Under the pieces are notes generated by a model that saw only the letters and a list, made by a program, of their open reading frames with translations, searched no databases and had not been told where the DNA came from. Shown piece after piece: positions 43,357-52,357 of a DNA stretch of 52,407 nt. How positions within the stretch are numbered: position 1 is the first letter of the stretch; each line of letters begins with the position of its first letter. The translations under genes were made by a program, and so were the position numbers. The DNA is from a virus: the UHGV virus genome UHGV-0113213. One strand, given 5' to 3'.

Positions 43357-43463
43357 AAACAAATATCACGCAACGGCGGGATCTGTTGAGCGGTCAGTCA
43401 CTGCTATCTAATGCTAATGGGATGCCCGCCCGCGCGTTCACTCTAACCATAGGAGAAAATGCG

Positions 43464-43730
43464 ATGAGTATAAACATGATTAGTAAAGCATGGAACGTAA
43501 AACTTAATAGCCCGATTCAAAAACTTGTCTTAATGGCTCTGGCTGAAAAGGCAGATAACAAAGGACGGGTACATGATGCATCACGCAAAGAAGTAGCCGC
43601 AATGTGTGAACTTCCTGTTCATACGGTACATGATGCCTTCGCCGCGTTAATGGATAAAGGATTTGTTTGTCGTCTTGATGCATTCAGTGATGTCTATGTA
43701 GTGATGTTGCCGGGGGGGGATGATCTATGA
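43464..43730 (+). CDS. Winged-HTH protein (HTH_36-like), first gene of rightward operon; replication-initiator N-terminal module or Cro analogue
   Basis: AGGAG RBS; segment SPIQKLVLMALAEKADNKGRVHDASRKEVAAMCELPVHTVHDAFAALMDKGFV. Confidence 0.55.
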   Translation: MSINMISKAWNVKLNSPIQKLVLMALAEKADNKGRVHDASRKEVAAMCELPVHTVHDAFAALMDKGFVCRLDAFSDVYVVMLPGGDDL

Positions 43731-44773
43731 AGTGGTTTAAGCATGACAGCGATGCGAACCGCGATGAAAAACTTCAAAACGTTTTGTTAGATTATGGCCT
43801 GGAAGGGTACGGGCTTTATTGGTATTGCCTCGAACTAATAACTTATGACGTAGATCAGCACAATCTGAATTTTGACCTACGACATGACGCGAGAATCATT
43901 GCGCGAAACGTCGGATCGACTGAAAAACGTATAGAAGAAATGATGAAATACTTCATCGAAATTGGTTTGTTTGAATGTTCTCAAGGCCACATAACTTGTT
44001 TAAAGTTATTGAAAAGGCTTGATCAATCAATGACTTCTAAAAGCGCGTACAGGGCCGCCATAAACACAGCTAAGGAGCAATTAAAATTAGAAAAGTTAAT
44101 CAATCCAACACAAAAAGGTCATGATAGGGTCATGACCGGGTCAGGAAAGGGTCATGAATTAGAAGTAGAAGAAGAAAGAGAAAAAGATATATACACTTCG
44201 TGTATTGTCGAAAATGAACAAAAAATGTTCAATCGGGATGGCGTAAACGAAGCGGCATTGCGTTGTCTTTCCTTCTACAACGACAAGGCAGGATGCAAAT
44301 GTCGTGATGCGAAGCCATTCATAGAACTACTGACAGAAACAAAAACACGTAAAGCATATACTGAGGAAGAAATCACATTAGTAATCGAGTGGGCTTTAAC
44401 GCAATGGCGTAGCCGTGGTGGAACACCTAAGCCTATCAACATTTGCCGGGTAACTAAATTTGATGGGTATCTGGCTGATGCTGAACAATGGCGCAAACTG
44501 TCAGCCACTGCAAACGCTGCCGATGTGGTGGAAGCATTTAACAGCACGTTTGACGGTCTGTTACCACATGCCGAACTGGATCGGGATCTTGAACGTAAGA
44601 TCTATGCGTTCACTGACTACCTGAAAGACAAAAGCATCACTGGCTTTATTGCTTACTTTGAGGCGTTCAAAAACACGGCTTCAGATTTTTACTTCGGCAA
44701 TGGCTTTACTGCGACACTGGATTTTCTACTTAAACCAAAAACGCTACGTGATACACGATGTGGCGCTCTTTGA
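43727..44773 (+). CDS. Replication initiation protein candidate (DUF4373-like N-terminus)
   Basis: N-terminus MKWFKHDSDANRDEKLQNVLLDYGLEGYGLYWYCLELI; ATGA overlap with upstream HTH gene. Confidence 0.55.
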   Translation: MKWFKHDSDANRDEKLQNVLLDYGLEGYGLYWYCLELITYDVDQHNLNFDLRHDARIIARNVGSTEKRIEEMMKYFIEIGLFECSQGHITCLKLLKRLDQSMTSKSAYRAAINTAKEQLKLEKLINPTQKGHDRVMTGSGKGHELEVEEEREKDIYTSCIVENEQKMFNRDGVNEAALRCLSFYNDKAGCKCRDAKPFIELLTETKTRKAYTEEEITLVIEWALTQWRSRGGTPKPINICRVTKFDGYLADAEQWRKLSATANAADVVEAFNSTFDGLLPHAELDRDLERKIYAFTDYLKDKSITGFIAYFEAFKNTASDFYFGNGFTATLDFLLKPKTLRDTRCGAL

Positions 44774-44905
44774 CCAATCACGATCCGCAAAAATCCAAAA
44801 TTACCCACAAACAACCTCACCAGCTAGCTAAATCGCATGTGGTGCTACACTTGCTTACCTTTTTGCGATTAGCTCGTTATAGAGCGTTACAGAGAGGATT
44901 TTAAA

Positions 44906-45007
44906 ATGGACGGTAAACACGTTTTCGCCCTGGCTTTTGCCATCGCTGCGGCAATCGCTGTTAACGTCGCCTTGTTCGGCGGATTGTATCTGCTAGTTAA
45001 TCCATAA
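44906..45007 (+). CDS. Mini-gene, 33-aa single-TM peptide MDGKHVFALAFAIAAAIAVNVALFGGLYLLVNP
   Basis: ATG with GAGG RBS in intergenic gap; not in ORF track. Confidence 0.35.
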   Translation: MDGKHVFALAFAIAAAIAVNVALFGGLYLLVNP

Positions 45008-45147
45008 CTACCCTTCTACCTTAAAAATCGAAAATTAGCCACATGATTGCGCTTCTGGCGCAAAAAAGACACTGCAACCTTACAAGTGGGTTACGCGGTG
45101 GGTTTTTGCGTTGTAGCGCGTCTGAGGCGTTTTAAGGAGTTGGATCG

Positions 45148-46071
45148 ATGCGCAAGTTAACACATGATGAACAGGTTGCGGCTATCGCTAAGGTTAATCA
45201 TGATGTCGAAGTGCTTGGGGAAATTGTCAATAACAGGACAAAAGTATCCTGCCGCTGCAAGGTTTGCAGTCACGAATGGTCGGCTAGACCTTACAATCTT
45301 AAAAGCGGTTACGGCTGCCCGAAATGCGCCGGAAAGATGAAATTATCACACGAAGAACAGGTTGCCGCTATCGAGAAGGTTAATTCTGATGTCGAAGTGA
45401 TTGGCGAAATAATAAACGGCGATACAAAAGCATTATGCCGCTGCAAAGTTTGTAATCACGAATGGTCGGCTAAACCTAACAACCTAAAAAACGGGCGCGG
45501 CTGCCCGAAATGTAAAGGTTTAAAAATCGCACAAAGACGAACATTATCACACGAAGAACATTTATCCGCTATCACTAAGGTAAATCATGATATTGAAGTA
45601 TTGGGAGAAATAATAAACGATAGGACAAAAGTATTATGTCGATGCAAGGTTTGTGATCATAAGTGGTCGCCTAGACCTTATGCTATTAAAAGCGGGCAAG
45701 GCTGCCCGAAATGTGCGAAACACGGTTTTTTGTCACACAATTTCGGCAAACTTTACATCATGGTTGATGATCCTGAAGTGCCTACACAAATGAAAATCGG
45801 CGTAAGCGTTAATGAGAACAAGCGAAGAAATCGGGTATTAAAAAGCGCACATAAATCAGGCGTTAGAATCCCTGATTTATGTGTCGTGAAAACGTTAGAA
45901 GGTCCAACCGAAAATATCCATGAATTAGAAAGCACGATGCATAAATATTTCAGCAATTATAAAATTAACTTTCCTGTAAAATTTGATGGCAGTAATGAGT
46001 TTTTCTATTACAGGCCGGAAGTATTCGACATGGTAGAAGAAGCATATAAAGAGATTGTTTGCTGTCAATGA
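45148..46071 (+). CDS. Protein with three tandem ~58-aa zinc-ribbon repeats and C-terminal T5orf172/GIY-YIG-like domain (307 aa)
   Basis: Repeat HEEQVAAI.KVN.DVEV.GEI.N..TK..CRCKVC.HEWSA.P.NLK.G.GCPKC three times; C-terminal GKLYIMVDD...KIGVSVNENKRRNRV. Confidence 0.55.
   Translation: MRKLTHDEQVAAIAKVNHDVEVLGEIVNNRTKVSCRCKVCSHEWSARPYNLKSGYGCPKCAGKMKLSHEEQVAAIEKVNSDVEVIGEIINGDTKALCRCKVCNHEWSAKPNNLKNGRGCPKCKGLKIAQRRTLSHEEHLSAITKVNHDIEVLGEIINDRTKVLCRCKVCDHKWSPRPYAIKSGQGCPKCAKHGFLSHNFGKLYIMVDDPEVPTQMKIGVSVNENKRRNRVLKSAHKSGVRIPDLCVVKTLEGPTENIHELESTMHKYFSNYKINFPVKFDGSNEFFYYRPEVFDMVEEAYKEIVCCQ
45157..45690. repeat. Three tandem ~175-bp DNA repeats (about 80 percent identical) encoding the zinc-ribbon modules
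   Basis: Direct comparison of the three units beginning CACGAAGAACAGGTTGC. Confidence 0.7.
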
Positions 46072-46104
46072 ATATACAAAATGTAAACATGAGGAAATAA
46101 CAAC

Positions 46105-47223
46105 ATGTCACAAAGAAAGATAAGCGATGAGCAATTGATCGCTGAATATAACAACGGTTTAACGTACAAGCAGATCGCTGAAAAATATGGCATGTCAAAA
46201 CGCAACGTCGAGCGCCTGGGCGCAAAGCTGGCGAAACGCGGTTTAATATCCACGCGTCGCGCGCCGGGTTTTGGCGTCAATGGCGAGTCATTGCTAGTTG
46301 ATAAGGATGGCAATGTGATTATGCGCTGGATTAAAACAGCCCGTGATCGCGATGAAATGGAAAGGCTAATGCAAGCGGCTTGCGATGCTTTCACGGAAGA
46401 CATGCCACGCGCTGAGGCTGTGCCAGTGCCGGAAATTGATTTCCAAAAAAGCCTGGCTCTTTATCCGGTATTCGATCTGCATATCGGTGCGCTTGCGCAT
46501 AAAGCTGAATGCGGTGAGAGCTACGACACCGGGATCGCCGAACGTGTGTTAAATGACTTCTTCGACTACGCGGTGGGCGCTGCGCCAATGTCTGAAAAGG
46601 CTGTTTTGTTGTTAGGAGGTGATATTCTTCACACTGACGGCCTGTTACCAGTGACGCCATCAAGCAATCACGTCCTGGATTGCGATTCACGCTACGCAAA
46701 ACTGGTTTACGTGGCGATCCGGTCGGTCCGGCGTGCGGTCGGGAAGATGTTACTAAATCATAAGTATGTCGAGATCCAGACATTATCCGGTAATCACGAC
46801 CAATCAGGGATGATCTGGCTACGTGCGGCGCTGGCGGCTTTTTACGAAGATGAACCGCGCGTAACTGTTGATGTGTCCCCTGCTATCGTTCACCACACAC
46901 AGTACGGCAAAACATTCCTTGCTTACCACCACGGACACACCATCAAAAAACCAGAAAATTTGTTGTCTGCCTGCGTCTCTGACTGGCGGGAGGATTTCGG
47001 CAAGTCGTCGGCGGTTTACGCTCATTGCGGACACTGGCATCACCAACGGCTGATTGAATCATCGTTAGGCGTTGTTGAGTATCACGGCACGTTAGCTGGC
47101 AAAGACGCTTATTCAACAAATGGCGGCTGGCGGTCGCGTCGGCTGGCTGCGGTAATAATTTACAGTCCTGATCATGGGGAAATCGGGCGCTTTGTTTATT
47201 ACCCTGAATATTCCATTTTGTAA
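46105..47223 (+). CDS. HTH-fused calcineurin-like metallophosphoesterase (372 aa)
   Basis: N-terminal HTH (LTYKQIAEKYGMSKRNVERL); phosphoesterase motifs DLHIG, GGDILHTDG, GNHD, GHWHH. Confidence 0.55.
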   Translation: MSQRKISDEQLIAEYNNGLTYKQIAEKYGMSKRNVERLGAKLAKRGLISTRRAPGFGVNGESLLVDKDGNVIMRWIKTARDRDEMERLMQAACDAFTEDMPRAEAVPVPEIDFQKSLALYPVFDLHIGALAHKAECGESYDTGIAERVLNDFFDYAVGAAPMSEKAVLLLGGDILHTDGLLPVTPSSNHVLDCDSRYAKLVYVAIRSVRRAVGKMLLNHKYVEIQTLSGNHDQSGMIWLRAALAAFYEDEPRVTVDVSPAIVHHTQYGKTFLAYHHGHTIKKPENLLSACVSDWREDFGKSSAVYAHCGHWHHQRLIESSLGVVEYHGTLAGKDAYSTNGGWRSRRLAAVIIYSPDHGEIGRFVYYPEYSIL

Positions 47224-47241
47224 ACCGGAGGCGATACCATA

Positions 47242-48663
47242 ATGATAACCGAACAAGTAAACTCATTGCGGCAAGAAAGAGAATCTGCGGTTATCGGTGG
47301 CCTGCTGTTAGGTGGGCTTACTCCTAACGCGCAAGACGTTCTCGCTACTCTAGATCCTGAAGTATTCACTATTCCGCTATATAAGCGGGCTTTTGAAATT
47401 ATCCGTGCGCAAGCCAGAAACAGAAATCTCATCGACGCGTTACTGGTTGGTGATGAGATTGGTAATGAAAACTTTGTGCCGCTAATGCAAACGGCGCGAT
47501 CGTGCCCTTCTGCTGCCAACCTGAAGGGGTACGCACAGTTACTACGTGAAGAGCACCAACGTCGGCAGATGTTGGAACTCATCGACGATATGCGCTACAA
47601 ACTGGAAACTGGGACACTTGAGGTCGTCAAAGAGACGATGAAAGATTTTGATTCCCGGTATTCAAAATTAAAGGTAACAAAAGATCAGATTATCCCGGTG
47701 CTGTTGCGAGATGCTGTCCAGGAATACACGGAAGTGCTAAGTAAACGCATGGAGTGTGGCGTGAACTCTGACAACATCAAAACAGGGATTGACCCACTCG
47801 ACGAAATGTTAGGCGGCATTAACGCTACTGATATGGTGCTTATCGCCGGACGCCCAGGGTCTGGTAAATCGGCGTTGGCGTTGGCAATTGCCCGCGCGGC
47901 GGCTGAACGCCAATACCCTGGCGGAGAAGGTCAGCGGGTAGGCGTTTTGCTGTTCACGCTTGAAATGTCGCTCGATCAGATGACTGAACGCGCTATCGCT
48001 GGCGCAGGGAACTTGTCAACGGATTGCCTACGTAATCCGGTAAAACTGGATGACGAAGGGTGGGCGCACGTTGCCCAGGGGATGAGCGCACTTGCCGATC
48101 TCGACGTGTGGATTGTTGACGCATCACAGTTAACGGTCGAGGAAATACGCGCCACCACGGAACGGATGAAACAGGACCATCCTAACCTGGGAATGGTAAT
48201 GATTGACTACATCGGGTTAATGAAGCTGGCTAAGGCCGAACGTCATGATCTCGCCGTAGGGCAATTGTCGTGGTCATTGAAAATGATGGCGAAAGAGTTG
48301 CGCGTGCCAGTGGCGGCGCTGGCGCAATTATCCCGCCGCGTTGAAGAACGACCGAACAAGCGCCCTAACAATTCTGATCTGCGTGATTCCGGCAATCTGG
48401 AACAAGACGCAGACAGGATCATCATGGTCTACCGCGACGGCTACTACAACGAACAATCAGTTGCACGCGAGTACATGGAGATCATCGTTTCAAAAAACCG
48501 TCACGGGAAAACGGGTACTGTTTACCAGCGGTTTGATGATAACGGCAACATTTTACCATGCGACCAGGCCCGCGCGGCGTCCGCGTGTATCCAGTCAATG
48601 CAACAACGTCAGGCGACAAGCCGATTCTCCCAGCGAAATAACCAGACAAACTCATCTTTTTAA
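47242..48663 (+). CDS. DnaB-like replicative DNA helicase
   Basis: Walker A GRPGSGKS, DnaB-type motifs (MIDYIGLM, LAQLSR, DLRDSG), 473 aa. Confidence 0.85.
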   Translation: MITEQVNSLRQERESAVIGGLLLGGLTPNAQDVLATLDPEVFTIPLYKRAFEIIRAQARNRNLIDALLVGDEIGNENFVPLMQTARSCPSAANLKGYAQLLREEHQRRQMLELIDDMRYKLETGTLEVVKETMKDFDSRYSKLKVTKDQIIPVLLRDAVQEYTEVLSKRMECGVNSDNIKTGIDPLDEMLGGINATDMVLIAGRPGSGKSALALAIARAAAERQYPGGEGQRVGVLLFTLEMSLDQMTERAIAGAGNLSTDCLRNPVKLDDEGWAHVAQGMSALADLDVWIVDASQLTVEEIRATTERMKQDHPNLGMVMIDYIGLMKLAKAERHDLAVGQLSWSLKMMAKELRVPVAALAQLSRRVEERPNKRPNNSDLRDSGNLEQDADRIIMVYRDGYYNEQSVAREYMEIIVSKNRHGKTGTVYQRFDDNGNILPCDQARAASACIQSMQQRQATSRFSQRNNQTNSSF

Positions 48664-48739
48664 TTAACTTGAGAAACGGCTTACCGGAAAGTTTACCGCT
48701 TTCTGGTGGCTGTTTTCGCGCTTAAATCGAGGCTAAAAA

Positions 48740-49297
48740 ATGAGCGTTGAACTTGAAACAAAAATTATCAATATCCTTGAACTTGATGGCATCGACACAA
48801 TGCACCAGCTACGCCAGAAAACAGGATTATCAGCGGAATATGACGAAGCTGGATGTTTGCCTGAGACAATTAAACACCTGATAGACGCTGGTATTGTTGA
48901 GCGTGTGTATACATATTTTGGACCGCGCCGCCGCTTGCTGGGGTATCGAATTAAATATTTGTATGCTCAACGGCGCGATCGTGTGGCGGCGTTATTTAGT
49001 GACTACAGCGTTAAAAAGCGTATGCGTGACATTAGCGCGGAAACTGGTATTCCGTGGAATTACCTGTCGCGCACGCTGCGTTTAATGGTACTTGATGAAA
49101 CGCTTTGCATAGACACCAATAAACACGGCCTTAACTTTTACTCACTGTTTAAACCTGGGCGCTTTGGTCACGCTAATGATCTCGCGTTTAATTTTGACAG
49201 CCGCCTGAATGAATACCGGAAAAATAACGGCCTGTTACCGGATAAACCAGTATTTGAGATCGAAAAACTTAACGGTGAAACGGGGTTAGAATTATGA
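48740..49297 (+). CDS. Hypothetical protein (185 aa)
   Basis: ORF in rightward operon. Confidence 0.45.
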   Translation: MSVELETKIINILELDGIDTMHQLRQKTGLSAEYDEAGCLPETIKHLIDAGIVERVYTYFGPRRRLLGYRIKYLYAQRRDRVAALFSDYSVKKRMRDISAETGIPWNYLSRTLRLMVLDETLCIDTNKHGLNFYSLFKPGRFGHANDLAFNFDSRLNEYRKNNGLLPDKPVFEIEKLNGETGLEL

Positions 49298-49500
49298 GAC
49301 GGGTAATCTTTTATTCAGTTGAAACGTTTATCGACGATACGCGCGTTTATTATCCGTGGGAAGTATACGACGCAAAGGTGTATACACCGCCACTGATGCG
49401 GAAATATAAACACGTAAAATTTAACCGGGTTTTTGTGCCAATGCACGATGCATTGCGGGCGCTGCGTGGGGAATTGCGAAACACAATGCGGATTGTGTAA
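49294..49500 (+). CDS. Hypothetical protein (68 aa)
   Basis: ATGA overlap. Confidence 0.4.
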   Translation: MRRVIFYSVETFIDDTRVYYPWEVYDAKVYTPPLMRKYKHVKFNRVFVPMHDALRALRGELRNTMRIV

Positions 49501-49508
49501 GGGGAGTT

Positions 49509-49706
49509 ATGGACAAGGAACTGGATTTAACTGTTGAAGACCTGAGCACGATTGCGGAATACATGCGCGGCGATGATCCTGATCGCCCTGTTGTCGTTGA
49601 TATGAAAAAACTTAAAAACGATTTTATGGCTAGTTCAAGGCTCATTTCTTTATGGGCGATCATGTATGCGCGTGCACCGCGTGAAAATAGTAACGGTGTA
49701 TCATGA
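49509..49706 (+). CDS. Hypothetical protein (65 aa)
   Basis: ORF in operon. Confidence 0.4.
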   Translation: MDKELDLTVEDLSTIAEYMRGDDPDRPVVVDMKKLKNDFMASSRLISLWAIMYARAPRENSNGVS

Positions 49707-50134
49707 AACAAATTAGATTTGAAATAGTTAATGACGCTGTGAAAGAAAATGCTATCAGGCAGATAAGGGAAATACAGCCTGATAGCAAAAGCCCGCTGAT
49801 AATTACCATCCAGGAGAAAACCCGCTCGCTAAGCCAAAATGCGTTGCTTTGGGCGCTGTTGACCGACATTAGCGATCAGGTTAATTGGTACGGTAAGAAG
49901 CTGTCGCCGGAAGACTGGAAAGCGGTATTCACTGCCGGACTTAAGAAATATGGCGTAGTCCCTAACCTGGATAAATCAGGCTTCGTTGTATTGGGAACGT
50001 CTACAAGTCGAATGAGTAAATCAGAATTCAGCGAACTAATCGAATTGATTTACTCGTTCGGTGCGGAGCATGATGTTCAATGGTCGGGTGATACGAAATT
50101 AAATGAGGAATTCATAAAACGCTGGGGGCAATAA
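49703..50134 (+). CDS. ninB: NinB (Orf-family recombination mediator)
   Basis: Motifs VTIQEK.RSL.QN, VPNL, GFVVLG.STSRM, EFSELIELI as in lambda NinB. Confidence 0.8.
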   Translation: MKQIRFEIVNDAVKENAIRQIREIQPDSKSPLIITIQEKTRSLSQNALLWALLTDISDQVNWYGKKLSPEDWKAVFTAGLKKYGVVPNLDKSGFVVLGTSTSRMSKSEFSELIELIYSFGAEHDVQWSGDTKLNEEFIKRWGQ

Positions 50135-50310
50135 TGGCGCGTTATTATATGGCTAAACCTACCGGAATTTTGTATAAGATTGATGGCGAATACGTTTTTT
50201 ATTTTCACAACCAGGCGCGAGAGTGGCGATTGTGTCACGCGCACTTTCAGCACGAAATAGAAAACCACCCTGAATATTTTATTAAGGTTGACAATGTAAC
50301 GGTGGCGTAA
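50134..50310 (+). CDS. Small protein (58 aa), not in ORF track
   Basis: ATG overlapping NinB stop (TAATG); coordinates approximate. Confidence 0.35.
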   Translation: MARYYMAKPTGILYKIDGEYVFYFHNQAREWRLCHAHFQHEIENHPEYFIKVDNVTVA

Positions 50311-50325
50311 CTGAGGATAGGCAAA

Positions 50326-50973
50326 ATGAATAAACTTAAAGCAATTGGCGTAATTCGCCATCGTGTAGACCCGGACTACCCTTCTTTTGAGGTTGCCACA
50401 TACCGCAACGAATACCAATATGGATCATCTTTCCTTGTGGGTGTTCGCGCTGATACTGGCGGCACTTATTCAGTTATGGCGGCTTCATGTGTTTTTGAAG
50501 AATATAAAAATATAGATGATGACGGCATGAATAAAGAAAGTGAAATCATTGATGAATTAATCGAAGATGAGCGGCATGATTGCGATAAACCGGAAGTTAC
50601 AGAATGGAAGGCAGGAGAAAAGCCGCCGTGCGGAGTGTGGCTTGATTGCATTGGATCAAGAAGCGATATAGTGATTGATGTCGTTAAGTTTTTCTACCTG
50701 GGCGATAAGTGGTCTATTGCTCACAGTAAATTAGATACAGGTATTGAAACACCAATTGCATGGAAACAATACTCGTACCGCATTCACATTGACCCGAAAG
50801 AAAAAGCACTGGCGGAAATTGCGTTTGCGCTGGCTACTAAGGTGATTGGTGAAGATGCGGCAAAAGAAATTAATTTTAACCGCGACAACGAATTTTCATG
50901 CGATTATCGCAACATGGCGCAAGCTATTATCGACGGATGTATCGGACACGTTGAATACACGGGAGGTAAATAA
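50326..50973 (+). CDS. Hypothetical protein (215 aa)
   Basis: ORF in operon. Confidence 0.45.
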   Translation: MNKLKAIGVIRHRVDPDYPSFEVATYRNEYQYGSSFLVGVRADTGGTYSVMAASCVFEEYKNIDDDGMNKESEIIDELIEDERHDCDKPEVTEWKAGEKPPCGVWLDCIGSRSDIVIDVVKFFYLGDKWSIAHSKLDTGIETPIAWKQYSYRIHIDPKEKALAEIAFALATKVIGEDAAKEINFNRDNEFSCDYRNMAQAIIDGCIGHVEYTGGK

Positions 50974-51203
50974 TGGATAAAACAGGGACAATCCTTCTTA
51001 GTCGCCCTGCCATCTGCCGGATGCTTGGTGGAATTAGCAGGGGAACATTTTATTTATGGCGTAAAAAATGGGAACGGAACGGAACTCCGTTCCCCGACCC
51101 GGTTGATGTACTTGGTAACGGTCGTGGCGTTATGTACCGCTATCAGGACGTAATGCAGTTCTTTGATCAGATTGGTTTAACGTCAGCCAAAGATAATACA
51201 TAA
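50973..51203 (+). CDS. xis: Excisionase / AlpA-like HTH regulator
   Basis: 76 aa with HTH-like segment (ICRMLGGISRGTFYLWRKK), adjacent to and convergent with integrase. Confidence 0.55.
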   Translation: MDKTGTILLSRPAICRMLGGISRGTFYLWRKKWERNGTPFPDPVDVLGNGRGVMYRYQDVMQFFDQIGLTSAKDNT

Positions 51204-52357
51204 TCAGCAAACTTATTTAGCGCCTCCTTTTGTTCGTCAAGATAATCGTATTTATCGTACACCGCCAGTATTCCCCTTAATGAATGGCCTAAGATCTTTT
51301 CCGCAATATGTACCGGAACACCTATAGCTGAAAGGTGTGTCCGGCACGTCCTGCGGAGGTCGTGACAGGACCATGATTTACCGCCCATCCTTTTACGCAC
51401 GAAGATTGCGGCTACTTTTATCACCGATGCGTTTACTGGCCTGTTACCGCCGTTAATCACTGGCGGGAACACGTAATCATACTCATGGGAGGATAACACC
51501 TCCCTGAGCATTTTTATCGACAAATCTGATAATCCCCGCCTGATTTCACTTCTTGTCTTCGCCACCGCTGCCGGGACGGTCCACACCCCGTTATCCAGGT
51601 CGAGGTGCTCCCTTCTCATTTTCTGCAACTCCCCCACCCTGCACCCGGTGAGCAATAATAGCTTTAATGCTATCTTGTTCTGACGGTAGATCTGCGAATC
51701 ATCCACCGTTCGCCAGAAATGGCCTATTTCATCGCATGATAAATAACGCTCGCCAACCGCATAATTTTCGCCAACGTCAATAACCCTGATATTGTTTATC
51801 GCTGTACTGGTCATTAGCCCGCGCCTGATAGCGCTGTTCACAACAATCTTCATTCGCTTAAGTATCAGTCCCGCCGTAACCGCGTGGCCCGCCGCAGTGA
51901 TCTCGCCGAATATGTCCATCCATTGTTTCGTACTGACATCATCGGCAATATACTCACCGAATTTATCGACAACATGGCGCTTAAGCGCGCTCCTGACGTC
52001 ATTATATGCAACCAGCTTAATAACGTTCGGCAGGGATAAATAGTCACTCACAATGGCGCTTATTGTTAATTTGCCACGCTCAATACTTATCGCTTGCTTT
52101 ACTGAAACGGTTGGATTCTTCCCCTTCGCTAATAGTTCTTTGTATTCTGCCACCGCGTGGCGTGCATCTTTCAACGTCATGCTGCCGTAATCGCCGATCT
52201 TCATCCTTACAGGCTTACCGTTGAACCTGTACCGGAACTGGAAAATAATTTTCCCTTTCGGGCTTATCCTGGCAGACAAGCCATCGCGATCTGCTATCTC
52301 GTTCGGGCCGTCATATGGCTTGTTTGCTATTGCGCGTAATTTCGTATCCGTCAGCAT
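51167..52357 (-). CDS. int: Tyrosine integrase (P4-like family)
   Basis: N-terminal arm-binding-type region; C-terminal catalytic residues in HDLRRT and LGHS...Y context; 396 aa at prophage end. Confidence 0.9.
   Translation of the reverse strand: MLTDTKLRAIANKPYDGPNEIADRDGLSARISPKGKIIFQFRYRFNGKPVRMKIGDYGSMTLKDARHAVAEYKELLAKGKNPTVSVKQAISIERGKLTISAIVSDYLSLPNVIKLVAYNDVRSALKRHVVDKFGEYIADDVSTKQWMDIFGEITAAGHAVTAGLILKRMKIVVNSAIRRGLMTSTAINNIRVIDVGENYAVGERYLSCDEIGHFWRTVDDSQIYRQNKIALKLLLLTGCRVGELQKMRREHLDLDNGVWTVPAAVAKTRSEIRRGLSDLSIKMLREVLSSHEYDYVFPPVINGGNRPVNASVIKVAAIFVRKRMGGKSWSCHDLRRTCRTHLSAIGVPVHIAEKILGHSLRGILAVYDKYDYLDEQKEALNKFADYVLSLADVKPI

Noticed and set aside
42950-43411. Plus-strand 153-aa ORF overlapping the cI gene and operator region
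   Set aside because: Antisense to the CI-like repressor and running through the operator region; no coding support
43159-43463. Search for a Cro-like small gene between cI and the first rightward gene
   Set aside because: Only a 22-codon ORF without RBS is present; the first credible rightward gene is the HTH protein at 43464, so no Cro is called
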